Of a DNA stretch of 64,000 bases, positions 33,431 to 43,504 are shown piece by piece. Where the stretch lies: assembly GCA_021324885.1 (NCBI GenBank), contig JAJPIF010000019.1, positions 21,630-85,629 on the forward strand, written 5' to 3'. How positions within the stretch are numbered: the stretch's first letter is position 1; the number at the start of each line of letters is the position of its first letter. This stretch comes from Pseudomonadota bacterium (GTDB taxonomy: Bacteria > Desulfobacterota > Binatia > Binatales > Binataceae). A program made the position numbers and the translations under genes. The notes below the pieces were generated by a model. That model ran no database searches. It saw only the letters and a program-made list of their open reading frames with translations, and was not told the DNA's origin.

Positions 33431-33508
33431 TTGGGATGTTGCGGCCGCCCCCTCCCGTGCTATTGCTCCAGTGGGGAGCAAGATTACGGCGCAAATGGGG
33501 AGAATATC

Positions 33509-33712
33509 ATGGCGCGATGCATCATGGTTTTCAGGCGGGGCGGCCGCTACCATCGAATCCCTGAAACTGAAATCGAGGATTGGGAAGAGGTGGTGGACGC
33601 GATCGACGGCGAACCCGAGCTGATCGAACGGCTCTCAGGATGGGAGCCGTACACGCATGCGTTCCGCCTGCCGGACGCCTCGGTTTATCTGGTCGCACTG
33701 GGGGAGGAATAG
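33509..33712 (+). CDS. Small hypothetical protein
   Basis: 67 aa starting at the internal ATG after GGGGAGAA. Acidic. No motif recognised. Confidence 0.4.
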   Translation: MARCIMVFRRGGRYHRIPETEIEDWEEVVDAIDGEPELIERLSGWEPYTHAFRLPDASVYLVALGEE

Positions 33713-33812
33713 GCAGCCTTATTCGTCGAATCATCGGCGCCTCTTCGGCCGTGTTCTGGCCGCCATCGATCACCCTCGTCGCGCCGGAGACCCATTTGGA
33801 TTCGTCGCTGGC

Positions 33813-34024
33813 TTAAAGCAGGGCGATCGCCGCAACGTCCTCAGGAGCGGTGCGATGGAAGATCAGGCGTTTCGTATCCCGGCACTCGCGCGCAGCCTCT
33901 GCGCCGGCGCGCTGGTTGCGATGACCACGGTTGCGTCCACGGCGGTCAAGCGGCCGGCGATTCCACGTCCGATGTCGCTGGCGGCTCGGCTTATAATCGC
34001 AATTTTTCCCTCCGCGCGGTCCAT
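33813..34024 (-). pseudogene. Truncated, frameshifted SDR remnant
   Basis: MDRAEGKIAIISRAASDIGRGIAGRLTAVDATVVIA... is a degraded TGxxxGxG Rossmann start that stops after 53 codons. An SDR-like continuation (...AEAARE...DV...) lies in another frame and ends at 33813. Confidence 0.35.
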
Positions 34025-34199
34025 GGCGATGCTCTCCGAGGCCTGCGGTTATCATTTCAGGAGCGTATCGTCGAGCGTTGATTTTGGCCCCGCGTAATCC
34101 GAAAATCGCCTTTCGCTTGCTGCGCCAAAGCGCCGCCAGATTTGAGTTGAAAGGAAATATCCGCGAGCGGAGAACAGGCTTAATAAAGGAGAACAGCCC

Positions 34200-34985
34200 A
34201 TGCCAGGAGGACTTACCAACCCGCACGTCAAGTTTGAAAATTACAAGGATCGCTATCGCAACATACGTCTGGAGCGCAAGGACGGAGTCCTCGTCGTCAC
34301 GCTGCACAGCAACGGCGGTCCGTTCAAGTTCAGCGCCGAGTTCCATACCGACTCCTGCGACGCCTTTGCCAATATCGCGGCGGATTTCGAGAATCGGTGC
34401 GTGATCATCACGGGCAGCGGCGAAAGCTTCTGCGACGGTCTGGATTTCAACGCCGATATTACCGATCCCAACGTGCTGGCCCGAATCCAATGGGAAGGGC
34501 GCAAGATGCTGCTCAACCTGATGGATATCGAAGTGCCGGTGATCGGCGCTGTCAATGGTCCCGCCCTGATTCACGCCGAGATGGGCGTGATGCATGACAT
34601 CGTGATCTGCACCGAGGACACGGTTTTTCAGGATCTGCCGCATTTCCCCAGCGGTACGGTGCCCGGTGACGGTGTCCACGTCATCTGGCAGCACATCCTG
34701 GGACCGACGCGGGGACGGTACTTTTTGCTGACCGGTCAGAAGATTGCGGCGCAGGAAGCCAAGGAGGTCGGCATCGTCAACGAGGTGGTGCCGCGGGCCA
34801 AGCTGATGGATCGCGCGTGGGAACTGGCGCGGATGATCACGCAGAATACCAACCTGGTCGCGCGCTATTCGCGGCTGGTGCTGACCCGCAATTATCGCAA
34901 GCTGCTGGAAGCGGAGACCGGCTACGGTCTCGCGCTGGAGTTGTTCGCCGCCAATGCAAGGATCAAGGAGATGATGCCGTCATAA
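34200..34985 (+). CDS. Enoyl-CoA hydratase/isomerase (crotonase) family protein
   Basis: VLVVTLHSNGGP...VIITGSGESFCDGLDF...PVIGAVNGPAL is a crotonase-fold signature. AAAGGAGAA RBS. Confidence 0.85.
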   Translation: MPGGLTNPHVKFENYKDRYRNIRLERKDGVLVVTLHSNGGPFKFSAEFHTDSCDAFANIAADFENRCVIITGSGESFCDGLDFNADITDPNVLARIQWEGRKMLLNLMDIEVPVIGAVNGPALIHAEMGVMHDIVICTEDTVFQDLPHFPSGTVPGDGVHVIWQHILGPTRGRYFLLTGQKIAAQEAKEVGIVNEVVPRAKLMDRAWELARMITQNTNLVARYSRLVLTRNYRKLLEAETGYGLALELFAANARIKEMMPS

Positions 34986-35083
34986 AGGCAGCCGGAGACA
35001 GGAATCAGGCGCGCGGCGGGAAAAATCCGCGCCGCGCGCCATGGTGGCGATGGGCCGGTTGGCCCATCGCCACCCCGCCCGGT

Positions 35084-36391
35084 TCAGAAGCCTGGTTGAA
35101 TCCACGGCTTGTTGGCGAGGTTGTTCTGCACGCTCTGGATGTATGAGAGCGCGCCGGCGTCATACCAGGCGCCGCTGAACCAATCGCCGATACAGCCCCA
35201 CAGACGCGCCGATCCGGTCGCGCTAGTGTAGTTGGGATATCCGGGGCTGGGTGTCTGCGATGCCAGGTACGTGATGCTCCCATCCATACAAGCCCGTTGA
35301 TAGGCCAGCTTGTAGTCCGCGGCAAAAGCCGTGCTGTTGTGCGACAGGCAGAGCGGATCGTTTACGAAGGCGATGTTGCCACCGTTGTTGGCGACCGGAG
35401 CGCAGGTGCCAGTAAAGTCAGAGGACTTTATCTGCAGGATGCCGAGGCTGACTCCATTGCCGATATCGCCGATATCGCCCTGGTTCCAGTTGGATTCCGT
35501 AATCGCAATGGCGCGAGTGACATTCGGATCAAAGCCCCATTTAAACGAGGCCCATTGCAGAATTTCATCGGTGGTTCCCGTGTAGTTGCCGGTCACTTTG
35601 GTCAACAGGCTGTTGCCATGGGCGTCAAGGAAACTGAGGCTCGCGACCTGGGCCAGTTGCGCAGCGGTTGGTATCGTATGGTTGGCCGCGCCATTTCCGG
35701 GGCGCGGCTCAAAAGCAGGATTCATCGAAACCTCGCTGGCCGCGGCCGCATCCGACAAGGGATAGGCCGGTGTGACGGGAGTGGGAGTGGGGGCGACGAC
35801 GGGCGGCGGCGCCACCGGGGGGACGGGCGCGGCTGCCGCGCCGTTGAGCACGTTGACCGAGATTGCGGAAGAAGCGGCAGGGGCCCCGGTATAGCCATAG
35901 CCGGTGATCGTCAGCGTATGGCGTCCGTTGGCGACGGTGGCTGAATTCCAGGCATTGGCATGTATCAGCGAAGTCACCGGCCAAATCGTGGCGATGAGGG
36001 TGCCGTCAACGAAAAGGTCCGCCAAGGCCAGATCCAGGCTGGTTAAACTAACGATCCCGACCACTCCCGAAACCGTTGCACCATTGGCCGGCGATGAAAT
36101 TGCCACCGTCGCCGCAGCGGCTTGCCCGGCGAATCCCAAAAGCATCGCCAGCAGCAGCGCGACCGCGGCCGCCACGGAGCAAATCGCGTCCCATCGCCGA
36201 AGCCGGCAACGGGTTTTGAGGCCCTGAGCGCCCTCGGCACCGTACCAGCCGTTGGCGGCTTCGCAATAATCCGATGCGAACAGCGCTCGTAACCTGCTGA
36301 CCTGGGGGGAAAGCGAAACATCGACTCTCTTCATAGCCCATTTCTCGTTTGCTGAACGAGCCACGAGCACGAAGAGACGATCAGGAGCCAC
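35084..36391 (-). CDS. Secreted/anchored protein with an Ig-like domain and a lytic transglycosylase (SLT-like) domain; start uncertain
   Basis: TM/signal-anchor AVALLLAMLLGFAGQAAA, an Ig-like repeat, a Pro-rich linker, then AIAITESNWNQ...GVSLGILQI (catalytic Glu-Ser and GLMQ-like motifs). An alternative ATG is at 36334. Confidence 0.7.
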   Translation of the reverse strand: MAPDRLFVLVARSANEKWAMKRVDVSLSPQVSRLRALFASDYCEAANGWYGAEGAQGLKTRCRLRRWDAICSVAAAVALLLAMLLGFAGQAAAATVAISSPANGATVSGVVGIVSLTSLDLALADLFVDGTLIATIWPVTSLIHANAWNSATVANGRHTLTITGYGYTGAPAASSAISVNVLNGAAAAPVPPVAPPPVVAPTPTPVTPAYPLSDAAAASEVSMNPAFEPRPGNGAANHTIPTAAQLAQVASLSFLDAHGNSLLTKVTGNYTGTTDEILQWASFKWGFDPNVTRAIAITESNWNQGDIGDIGNGVSLGILQIKSSDFTGTCAPVANNGGNIAFVNDPLCLSHNSTAFAADYKLAYQRACMDGSITYLASQTPSPGYPNYTSATGSARLWGCIGDWFSGAWYDAGALSYIQSVQNNLANKPWIQPGF

Positions 36392-37248
36392 CCTTGACCG
36401 TGTCCGCTGTGCCCGGGCACATCAGGTGAAGCCCGATGCAGGCGCGGCAACGCCTGCACGGGAACGTCAGTTTGACCGGAGACCTATACGGGTCCGACCT
36501 GCAGAACTCGACGCACGGGACTGTCACGTGCAGATGCCACTGCAGAGGCCTTTCCTTTCCGTTTGAGTTTCCAAAAACCGTATCCTGCCGGTGCGGCGGT
36601 CACGCGTCGGCGCGAGGGTAATGCAATCACAATAAAGCATCAGCGCCTGACCGGAAAAAAACACGCGCCCAATGAGCTTAACCTCCGCAATCCTTCTTCG
36701 TTTCACCACACCACCCAACACGAGCAGGGCGGCGATTCTCCAAACCGCAACAGGTGGGTTCAAGCGCGAATCTTTGGATTCCCCCTGGCGCTGCTATTGC
36801 CTTCGCCAGCGGGCAGGGTTCAGCATGCAGAAATGCCTGGGCTATTGCAAGAGGGACAAGATCGACTTTTGTGAATTGATGCCGAATATTACGCGCACGA
36901 AGAGGCCATGTCCCACGTCTCCTCTGCCAGGCATACGTAGATTGAATAGTTTCTGTTGCGTTTCGCGAGCGCGCTGCAGGGCGGAAAATCGCTTGCCTGA
37001 ACGCTGGCGAGGAGCTGGATTCGTTACTGAAAGCGACGGTTTGGCGAAAATCGACGCGGTCTGTGAAAAAACCGCATGTATACTTTTTATAAGATAATCG
37101 CGCCAAGCGGCGGCCGTGCGCGAAAGTGACAACTATACCTGATAGTCATTGAAAAATAGAAAGAAATGCAAAAATGGACTGCTCGTATGCTGCCTGGAAT
37201 GATTCCTGCCGCCGACCGCCTTGCATCCGCTCGCTGCTCAGCACCGCG

Positions 37249-38352
37249 TCATTCCAATCCATAAAGCCGCGCCGCATTACCACCTACTATCCTGCGTTTT
37301 TCACCTTCGGGCACACCAGCGAGGGTTTCTTCGATATACTTGCGCGAATGCGGCCAGGTGGTGTCAGTATGCGGGTAATCGGAGGACCACATCAGGTTGT
37401 CCACACCGATCAGATCGCGCAGCCGGATACCGGCTTTGTCTTCAATGAAGGTAGCGTAGACCTGGCGATGGAAATAGTAACTGGGCGGCATCGGCAGTTC
37501 CAGCCGCGACCAGAAGCGATGGCGTTGATAGATGCGGTCGGCGCGCTCGAGGAAATAAGGTATCCAGCCGATGTTGCCTTCCACCGAGACGATTGTGAGT
37601 TGGGGAAACAGTTCGCCGATCCCGCCGAACAGCAGCCGCGCCAGCGCTTCCATGTTGCCGATGGAGTTGATCAGGATCTGACCCGGCATCAGGCCGCGCA
37701 CATTCTGCTGGGTATGGAACACCTGGCCCCTGGTATCGCCGACCGCAAGATGGAGATGGACGGGCAGTGCAAGATCCTGAGCGGCTGCCCACAAAGGATC
37801 GAACACCTCGCTGCTGAGCGGCCCCGCCTTGGGGAAGCTCGAAACCAGCAATCCACGCATGCCCAGCTTCGCGATGCGCTGGGCTTCACGGACGCCCGCT
37901 TCGACATTGTCGGTGGGAATGAGTCCGATTCCGATCAAGCGGCGCGGATTGGTCTGGCAGAACTCCGCCAAAAAGTCGTTGTATGCCTTCATGCACGCAA
38001 GCTGCAGTTCGAAGTCCTCGACCATGAAGGCCCAGAACGCGTTGGGGAAAATCACTGCCGCATCGACGCCGTCGGTGTCCATGTCCTTCAGCCGCTCGTA
38101 CGGATCGAAGGCGCCGGCGCGGATGGTCTGGTAGGTTTCGCCCTCCAGCTTGTAGTCCTCGAATTTCTTCCCGGCGGCGGCGTTCATCCCCATCTTCATC
38201 ACCACCTTGCCTTCGAGCATCCAGACGTCGCCGCCATCGACGTTGACCACCCGTGGAGCGCGATGCCGCAGCGCGGCCGGAACGCGTTTTTCCCAGGTGT
38301 CCTTGGGTTCCTGCACATGGTCGTCAGCCGAGATAATTCGATATGCGTTCAT
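37249..38352 (-). CDS. Amidohydrolase-2 (PF04909) family protein
   Basis: IISADDHVQEPKDTW... and NLMWSSDYPHTDTTWPHS. Paralog of 27449-28555. Confidence 0.85.
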   Translation of the reverse strand: MNAYRIISADDHVQEPKDTWEKRVPAALRHRAPRVVNVDGGDVWMLEGKVVMKMGMNAAAGKKFEDYKLEGETYQTIRAGAFDPYERLKDMDTDGVDAAVIFPNAFWAFMVEDFELQLACMKAYNDFLAEFCQTNPRRLIGIGLIPTDNVEAGVREAQRIAKLGMRGLLVSSFPKAGPLSSEVFDPLWAAAQDLALPVHLHLAVGDTRGQVFHTQQNVRGLMPGQILINSIGNMEALARLLFGGIGELFPQLTIVSVEGNIGWIPYFLERADRIYQRHRFWSRLELPMPPSYYFHRQVYATFIEDKAGIRLRDLIGVDNLMWSSDYPHTDTTWPHSRKYIEETLAGVPEGEKRRIVGGNAARLYGLE

Positions 38353-38475
38353 CGAGGCCTCCCGTAGTGCGATTTGCCCGTCCGCGGCCGACCGTCAACC
38401 GAATTGTATTGGGCCAAATTGAAAAAGCCAGAGCCGGGTCCCCCGCATTTTTGTTGGCGGGGAACCCGGCGAACC

Positions 38476-39918
38476 TTACCTCATAATCTGACCCAATGAG
38501 CCGGGAAACGCCCAGGTCGCCGCATCCTGCAGATCCGCGGGAGCGTTTTTGTCGAGCGTGTAATTGGTTTCCACCACCGCGGTCGCATGCGAGTTTTGCA
38601 GGTCCAGCATGGTGGATGTGTTATTGTTGGTGATCGCCTTTTCCCCTTCGCCGATGTCCATCGGGTAAGTGAACAACCATTCCGTTTTCCACAGCTTGTG
38701 GCCGGCATCGTACAGGTCGAAGTAGTAATTGTCCCAGGTCTCCCTGTCAATGTACACGATGCGGACGCCATAGCAGTAGTTGGTACCCAGTTCGGGGAGC
38801 GGATAAAGCGCCACTATATATGTGTCGCGCAGCTCCCATTTGCCGTCCTGAGGCGTGGGCCATCCTGGCACGCTGCTCTTGATGAGGAAGGTTTCATTCT
38901 TTTCGCGCGCCACCGGATCCTCGTGCAACAAACCGAGAATTTTGTATTCGCCCAGCAGTTCGATGCGGAAAAGCCCGGGACTCGTTACGGAGATGCCGGC
39001 TCCGTCGTCACCGGTATAATCGGTGCCCAGCAGCGGCGCGCATCGGGCCGCGCTCGACAGTCTCAACGAACGGCGCAGCGAGGGAAGAAACACGTACAAC
39101 TCGGGCACGACCGTGGGGTCGTCATGCAGCATTTCGAGTTCAGTCGTGTATTTGGATTGTTCGGGTGCAAGAATGAAAAAGCGGGAATTAAGTGAGTACC
39201 CGTTGGCGTATGGCATATTGACCGGATAATTGTCATCGCTCAGATGCGAAAGGCGCCAATAGGTCGTCTGGCTCAACTGGTAAAAGAGATTCTGGAAACG
39301 GTCGACCAAATTGGTATGGGAATGAAAACTCTGCACGAATGGGTACCAGCGGTACCAGTTGTTGTAGATGATCTTGTAGGCGAGGTCGGGCTCGGTGGGA
39401 TTCGGAAACGGCATGCCGGCTACATACCCGGCCGGCGCCTTGCCTCCGCCGGGGATATCCTTCAGGCGGACCTGGCCGCTGTATTTTTCGCTGTCGCTTA
39501 CCACTTTTTTCGGCAATGGAATGTGGATCGTTGGTCCGACCTCGATTGCAAAGCCGGGGTCGCTGCCCATATGAAACAGGTAGCGGCCGGAGAACAGGGC
39601 CTGTACGCCGATGGGAAGGAATTTGCGGTATTGAGTCCAGTTGTCGCGCGTGATCCGGGTGCCGGGCGGGATGGATTGCGATGATGACGCCGACGCCATC
39701 GCCTTGTAGGCCGCGGGATCGAAGTTAATCTGGGCGGCCGCACTGCCTGCTGCCAGCCAGGCCATGAGTACCGCGAAAGCTCCTGTAACCAGAGGCACCA
39801 CAGAGGGTCGGTGTTGTTCAGGCAGACCTACGCTTGCAGGGTATTGGGGCGATTCATTCCGCGCGCCCGCCAGCGCTGTTATCCCACGCATGGGCATGAT
39901 GTTTCCTCCGCGGGACAA
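38476..39918 (-). CDS. DUF1329 domain protein
   Basis: Signal peptide, then IPPGTRITRDNWTQYRKFLPIGVQALFSG. Paralog of 23938-25275. Exact start uncertain. Confidence 0.8.
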   Translation of the reverse strand: MSRGGNIMPMRGITALAGARNESPQYPASVGLPEQHRPSVVPLVTGAFAVLMAWLAAGSAAAQINFDPAAYKAMASASSSQSIPPGTRITRDNWTQYRKFLPIGVQALFSGRYLFHMGSDPGFAIEVGPTIHIPLPKKVVSDSEKYSGQVRLKDIPGGGKAPAGYVAGMPFPNPTEPDLAYKIIYNNWYRWYPFVQSFHSHTNLVDRFQNLFYQLSQTTYWRLSHLSDDNYPVNMPYANGYSLNSRFFILAPEQSKYTTELEMLHDDPTVVPELYVFLPSLRRSLRLSSAARCAPLLGTDYTGDDGAGISVTSPGLFRIELLGEYKILGLLHEDPVAREKNETFLIKSSVPGWPTPQDGKWELRDTYIVALYPLPELGTNYCYGVRIVYIDRETWDNYYFDLYDAGHKLWKTEWLFTYPMDIGEGEKAITNNNTSTMLDLQNSHATAVVETNYTLDKNAPADLQDAATWAFPGSLGQIMR

Positions 39919-40074
39919 ATTATTGTCCCGCCATATAATTTAGCGTCTTTACCCTATATAGCCAGGAGCTCTCGCGCAATTACTGGCGGAGACGGAGGCT
40001 GGCGTGGTAAAGGGGCCTTAAAGCGGCCCGAGCGTTGCGCGCGCCGAGTCTCCAGTATAACAATCCTGCGCCAG

Positions 40075-41250
40075 ATGAAGTTGTCGGTTTTATGCATTAC
40101 TGATTTTCCGGCGCCCCAGGTTGCCGCGATGCTCGCGCAGTTGCGTGCGATTGCGGACGAGATCGTGCTCGCAATCGATTCGCGCCTGGGCGAAGCGGAG
40201 GCGGCGAAATACGCCGCCGCTGCCGACCGTCTGTTTCGTTATGAGTATTGTGGCGCGATGGAGCGGGCGCTGGCCTGGGCGCATGCCCAATGCCGCGGCG
40301 ACTGGATCCTGCGCCTGGACGGCGACGAGGTGGCAAGCCCGGCGCTGATCTCAGCCATCCCGGAACTCATCGCGCGCGGACGCGTCCTGCAATATCACGT
40401 TCCCAGGCGTTGGCTGTTCCCGGACGCCGGCCACTGGCTTGATGAGCTGCCGTGGTGCCCCGATTATCAAGTCCGCCTGGTTCGCAATGACGAAACTTTA
40501 TGGTTTCAGGGGCTGACTCACAGCGGCGCCACCTTGACGATGCCCGCCCGTTATCTTGAAGCGCCGATGTATCATCTCAATCTGCTCATGCTGACGCGGG
40601 AGGAGCGGGAACGGAAAATGGAAGAGGTCTACGAACCGCATTCCGAGGGCATACTCGCCCCGGGTGGCGGATCCGTCAATCGCTTCTATTTTCCCGAGCG
40701 CTTTGCCCGGATGGCTCCGAGCGCGGTCCCGCCCCAGGACCGCGCGGCGATCGAGAAGGTGCTTTTTGCGGTTGAGGTGCCGCAGTCGCGATGCGGTCCA
40801 ATCCCATTGGCGACACAGGCGGAAATCGATCGATGGTGGAATGCGCGCACGCCTTCACCCGATGCGTATCGCGCCTTGCTCGAGCCGCTGGAGCGCGACC
40901 ATCGAATGACCGTGGGCGAGGGCCGCCTAATCCATCTGAGGATTACCAATCTGGGCAATGAGGTCTGGCCGTGGGGGTACTCACAACTTCCGGAGATCCG
41001 CGTTTCCTACCATTGGCTTTATCCCGATGGCGCGCCGCTGGTGGCCGATGGTTTGCGCAGCGCCTTCCCGTGTACGGTGCGGCCGGGCGAGCGCGTCATC
41101 GTTGCGGTCGGCGTGATAGCGCCGGAAGTCGCGGGCGAGTTCGTGCTCGAGTACGACCTTGTTCACGAACATGTGCGCTGGTTCAATTGCCCGCTCAGGG
41201 TCAATATGCGGGTGATGCCGAAAAGCGCCTGCGAGCCGGACGGCCTCTGA
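40075..41250 (+). CDS. Glycosyltransferase family 2-like protein with C-terminal Ig-like domain
   Basis: Start MKLSVLCITDFPA.... RLDGDEV (DxD-like). The C-terminal beta-rich segment RITNLGNEVWPW...EFVLEYDLV is Ig-like. Confidence 0.6.
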   Translation: MKLSVLCITDFPAPQVAAMLAQLRAIADEIVLAIDSRLGEAEAAKYAAAADRLFRYEYCGAMERALAWAHAQCRGDWILRLDGDEVASPALISAIPELIARGRVLQYHVPRRWLFPDAGHWLDELPWCPDYQVRLVRNDETLWFQGLTHSGATLTMPARYLEAPMYHLNLLMLTREERERKMEEVYEPHSEGILAPGGGSVNRFYFPERFARMAPSAVPPQDRAAIEKVLFAVEVPQSRCGPIPLATQAEIDRWWNARTPSPDAYRALLEPLERDHRMTVGEGRLIHLRITNLGNEVWPWGYSQLPEIRVSYHWLYPDGAPLVADGLRSAFPCTVRPGERVIVAVGVIAPEVAGEFVLEYDLVHEHVRWFNCPLRVNMRVMPKSACEPDGL

Positions 41251-41283
41251 GCGCGTTGCGGCGCCGCGGCTGCCTCCTGGTGG

Positions 41284-42039
41284 TCAGATTTTTAATGGAT
41301 ACCCGCCGCCAATGGTCAGCGTCTCCCCGGTGATAAAGCTGGCTTCGCTGGAACAGAAGAACAGCACCGCTCCAACCAGATCCGCCATCCGGCCCTGACG
41401 TTTGATCAATTGAAGCCGGTTGATGAATTCATCGAGCAAGGCCGGCGGCAGATCGGCCATCGCGCTGGGTGAATCCACGGGTCCGGGCGCGATGCCGTAA
41501 ACGCGGATTTGGTCGGCGGCGAACTCCCTGGCCAGCGCCACCACCAGGCCGCGGACCGCCAGCTTGGAAATGCCGTAGGGCGTGGTGGGATCGAAGCCCG
41601 CGATCGATGATTGGTTGATGATCACGCCGCCGCCCCGCGCGCGCATCGAGGGCCGGCAGGCGGCCGAGCAGTTGACGATTCCGATCACATTGACGTCGAG
41701 CATCAGGCGCCATTTGGCGCGCGACAGCTCGGTCGGCTTGCCGGCGAATTCCATCAGGTGCTTGGCGGCGTTGTTGATCAGGATATCGATGCCGCCAAAG
41801 CGTGCGACGGCCTGCGCCACTGCCGCATCGACCGAATTTTCGTCAGCCACATCACAGTGCACGGCCATCGCCCGCGCGCCGCTTTCGGCAATACTGACCG
41901 CCACACTTTGCGCGGCCGGCAGATCGATTTCCGCCAGCACCACCGCCGCGCCCTCGGCGGCGAGCGCCCGCGCGTAGGTTTCGCCGATTCCACGTCCGCC
42001 GCCGGTGATAAACGCCACTTTGTCTTTGAATCGCATCAT
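41284..42039 (-). CDS. SDR-family oxidoreductase
   Basis: VAFITGGGRGIGETYA (TGxxxGxG), NNAA, and YGISKLAV (YxxxK). Confidence 0.85.
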   Translation of the reverse strand: MMRFKDKVAFITGGGRGIGETYARALAAEGAAVVLAEIDLPAAQSVAVSIAESGARAMAVHCDVADENSVDAAVAQAVARFGGIDILINNAAKHLMEFAGKPTELSRAKWRLMLDVNVIGIVNCSAACRPSMRARGGGVIINQSSIAGFDPTTPYGISKLAVRGLVVALAREFAADQIRVYGIAPGPVDSPSAMADLPPALLDEFINRLQLIKRQGRMADLVGAVLFFCSSEASFITGETLTIGGGYPLKI

Positions 42040-42325
42040 CAGCCTCTTGTTTCCGCTTCGCGGGGCTACAGCCAACGCCAGGTTCGAGCACAATCAGTGA
42101 AAACAAACTTTTCCCCCTCGCCCTGACCATCGACACGGTCAGGGCGAAGACGTTTTTGCAATTTCATCCATAAACGCCCGGTCCGCAAGCGATCGTACCG
42201 CCGTTCACCGCCGGTACCCGCCGTTGCTCTTGCGCGTCGCTGCGCAAGCACTAACATTCGGGTCAGCGCAGGAGTTGCCCGGCTGTCTTGATTGCAACCG
42301 GACAAGCGCAAAGCGAGGATACGAC

Positions 42326-43504
42326 GTGGATTTCAAATACCCGCCCGAAGCGGAAGAATTTCGCAAGGAAATACGCGCCTGGCTGGAAGTAAACGCCCCC
42401 AAGCATAAGCATCCGCCCTACGACACGATAACCGTGGCCAATGACGCCGAGTGGGAAGAACGCCGCGCGTGGTATCGCAAGCTGCATTCGGGCGGATGGA
42501 TCGGTATCGCGTGGCCGCGCGAATACGGCGGACGCGACGCCGACGTGATGCAGGCGGTTGTGTTCCACGAAGAGCTGGCGCGCTTCAATGCTCATCTTCC
42601 TTATATCGGTGCGGGCGTGGCGCTGGCCGGCCCGACGCTCATCCAATGGGGCACCGAGGAGCAGAAGAAACGCTTCATTCCCAAGATTCTTTCCGGCGAG
42701 GAGACCTGGTGCCAGGGCTACTCGGAACCCAACGCCGGCTCCGATCTGACCTCGCTGCGCACGATGGCGATCGAAGAGGGCGATTATTTCGTCGTCAACG
42801 GCTCCAAAATCTGGACCTCGCAGGCCCATCGCGCGGACTGGATGTTCCTACTGTGCCGCACCGACCCCAAACAGCCGGGCAGCCGCGGCCTGTCCTATAT
42901 CCTGGTCGATATGAAGACGCCCGGCATCACGACGCGCCCGATGGTTGAGATCAACGGTCAGATCAGTTTCAACCAGGTGTTTTTCGAAAACGTAAGAGTG
43001 CCCAAGGAAAATCTTGTGGGCAGGAAAAACGACGGTTGGCGCGTGGCAACGACGACGCTTGCGTTCGAGCGCAATTTCGGCGGACGTCAGTATCCCAACC
43101 TGGTCAGGGACCTGGCGCGGATGGCGCAGCAGATCCAAATCAACGGCCGTCCGGCATGGGAAAGCAGCGCGGTGCGCCAGCAGATCGCGGCCTTTGCCTG
43201 CGAGGCCGAAGCGATCAAGTACAATGCCTTTCGCGGCATCACGCGCCGACTAAAGCGCCAGCCGCCCGGACCCGAAAGTTCGATTCTCAAGCTGGCCGGC
43301 ACCGAACTGAATCTGCGGATCCAGATGTTCGCGATGGAACTGCTGGGGCCGTATGCGCAACTGGATCGCGGCGAAGCGTTCGCGGTGGACGGCGGCAAAT
43401 GGCTGGAGCGGGCGATCACGGCGCGCGGCGGCACCATCGCCGGCGGCAGCAATCAGATCCAGCACAACATTATCGGCGAACGCGTTCTGAAACTGCCCAG
43501 ATGA
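42326..43504 (+). CDS. Acyl-CoA dehydrogenase family protein
   Basis: GTG start after GAGGA. WCQGYSEPNAGSDL and IAGGSNQIQHNIIGERVL, typical of FadE-type ACADs. Confidence 0.85.
   Translation: MDFKYPPEAEEFRKEIRAWLEVNAPKHKHPPYDTITVANDAEWEERRAWYRKLHSGGWIGIAWPREYGGRDADVMQAVVFHEELARFNAHLPYIGAGVALAGPTLIQWGTEEQKKRFIPKILSGEETWCQGYSEPNAGSDLTSLRTMAIEEGDYFVVNGSKIWTSQAHRADWMFLLCRTDPKQPGSRGLSYILVDMKTPGITTRPMVEINGQISFNQVFFENVRVPKENLVGRKNDGWRVATTTLAFERNFGGRQYPNLVRDLARMAQQIQINGRPAWESSAVRQQIAAFACEAEAIKYNAFRGITRRLKRQPPGPESSILKLAGTELNLRIQMFAMELLGPYAQLDRGEAFAVDGGKWLERAITARGGTIAGGSNQIQHNIIGERVLKLPR

Noticed and set aside
33813-34694. 293 aa ORF antisense to the crotonase gene.
   Set aside because: Most of it is a shadow of the well-supported enoyl-CoA hydratase gene. 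Only the last ~70 codons' region (33813-34024) shows SDR-remnant features, and that is reported separately.
36524-36763. 79 aa ORF with one hydrophobic stretch in the long non-coding gap, as a possible small membrane protein.
   Set aside because: It has no RBS, odd composition and overlaps other equally weak ORFs. The support is insufficient.
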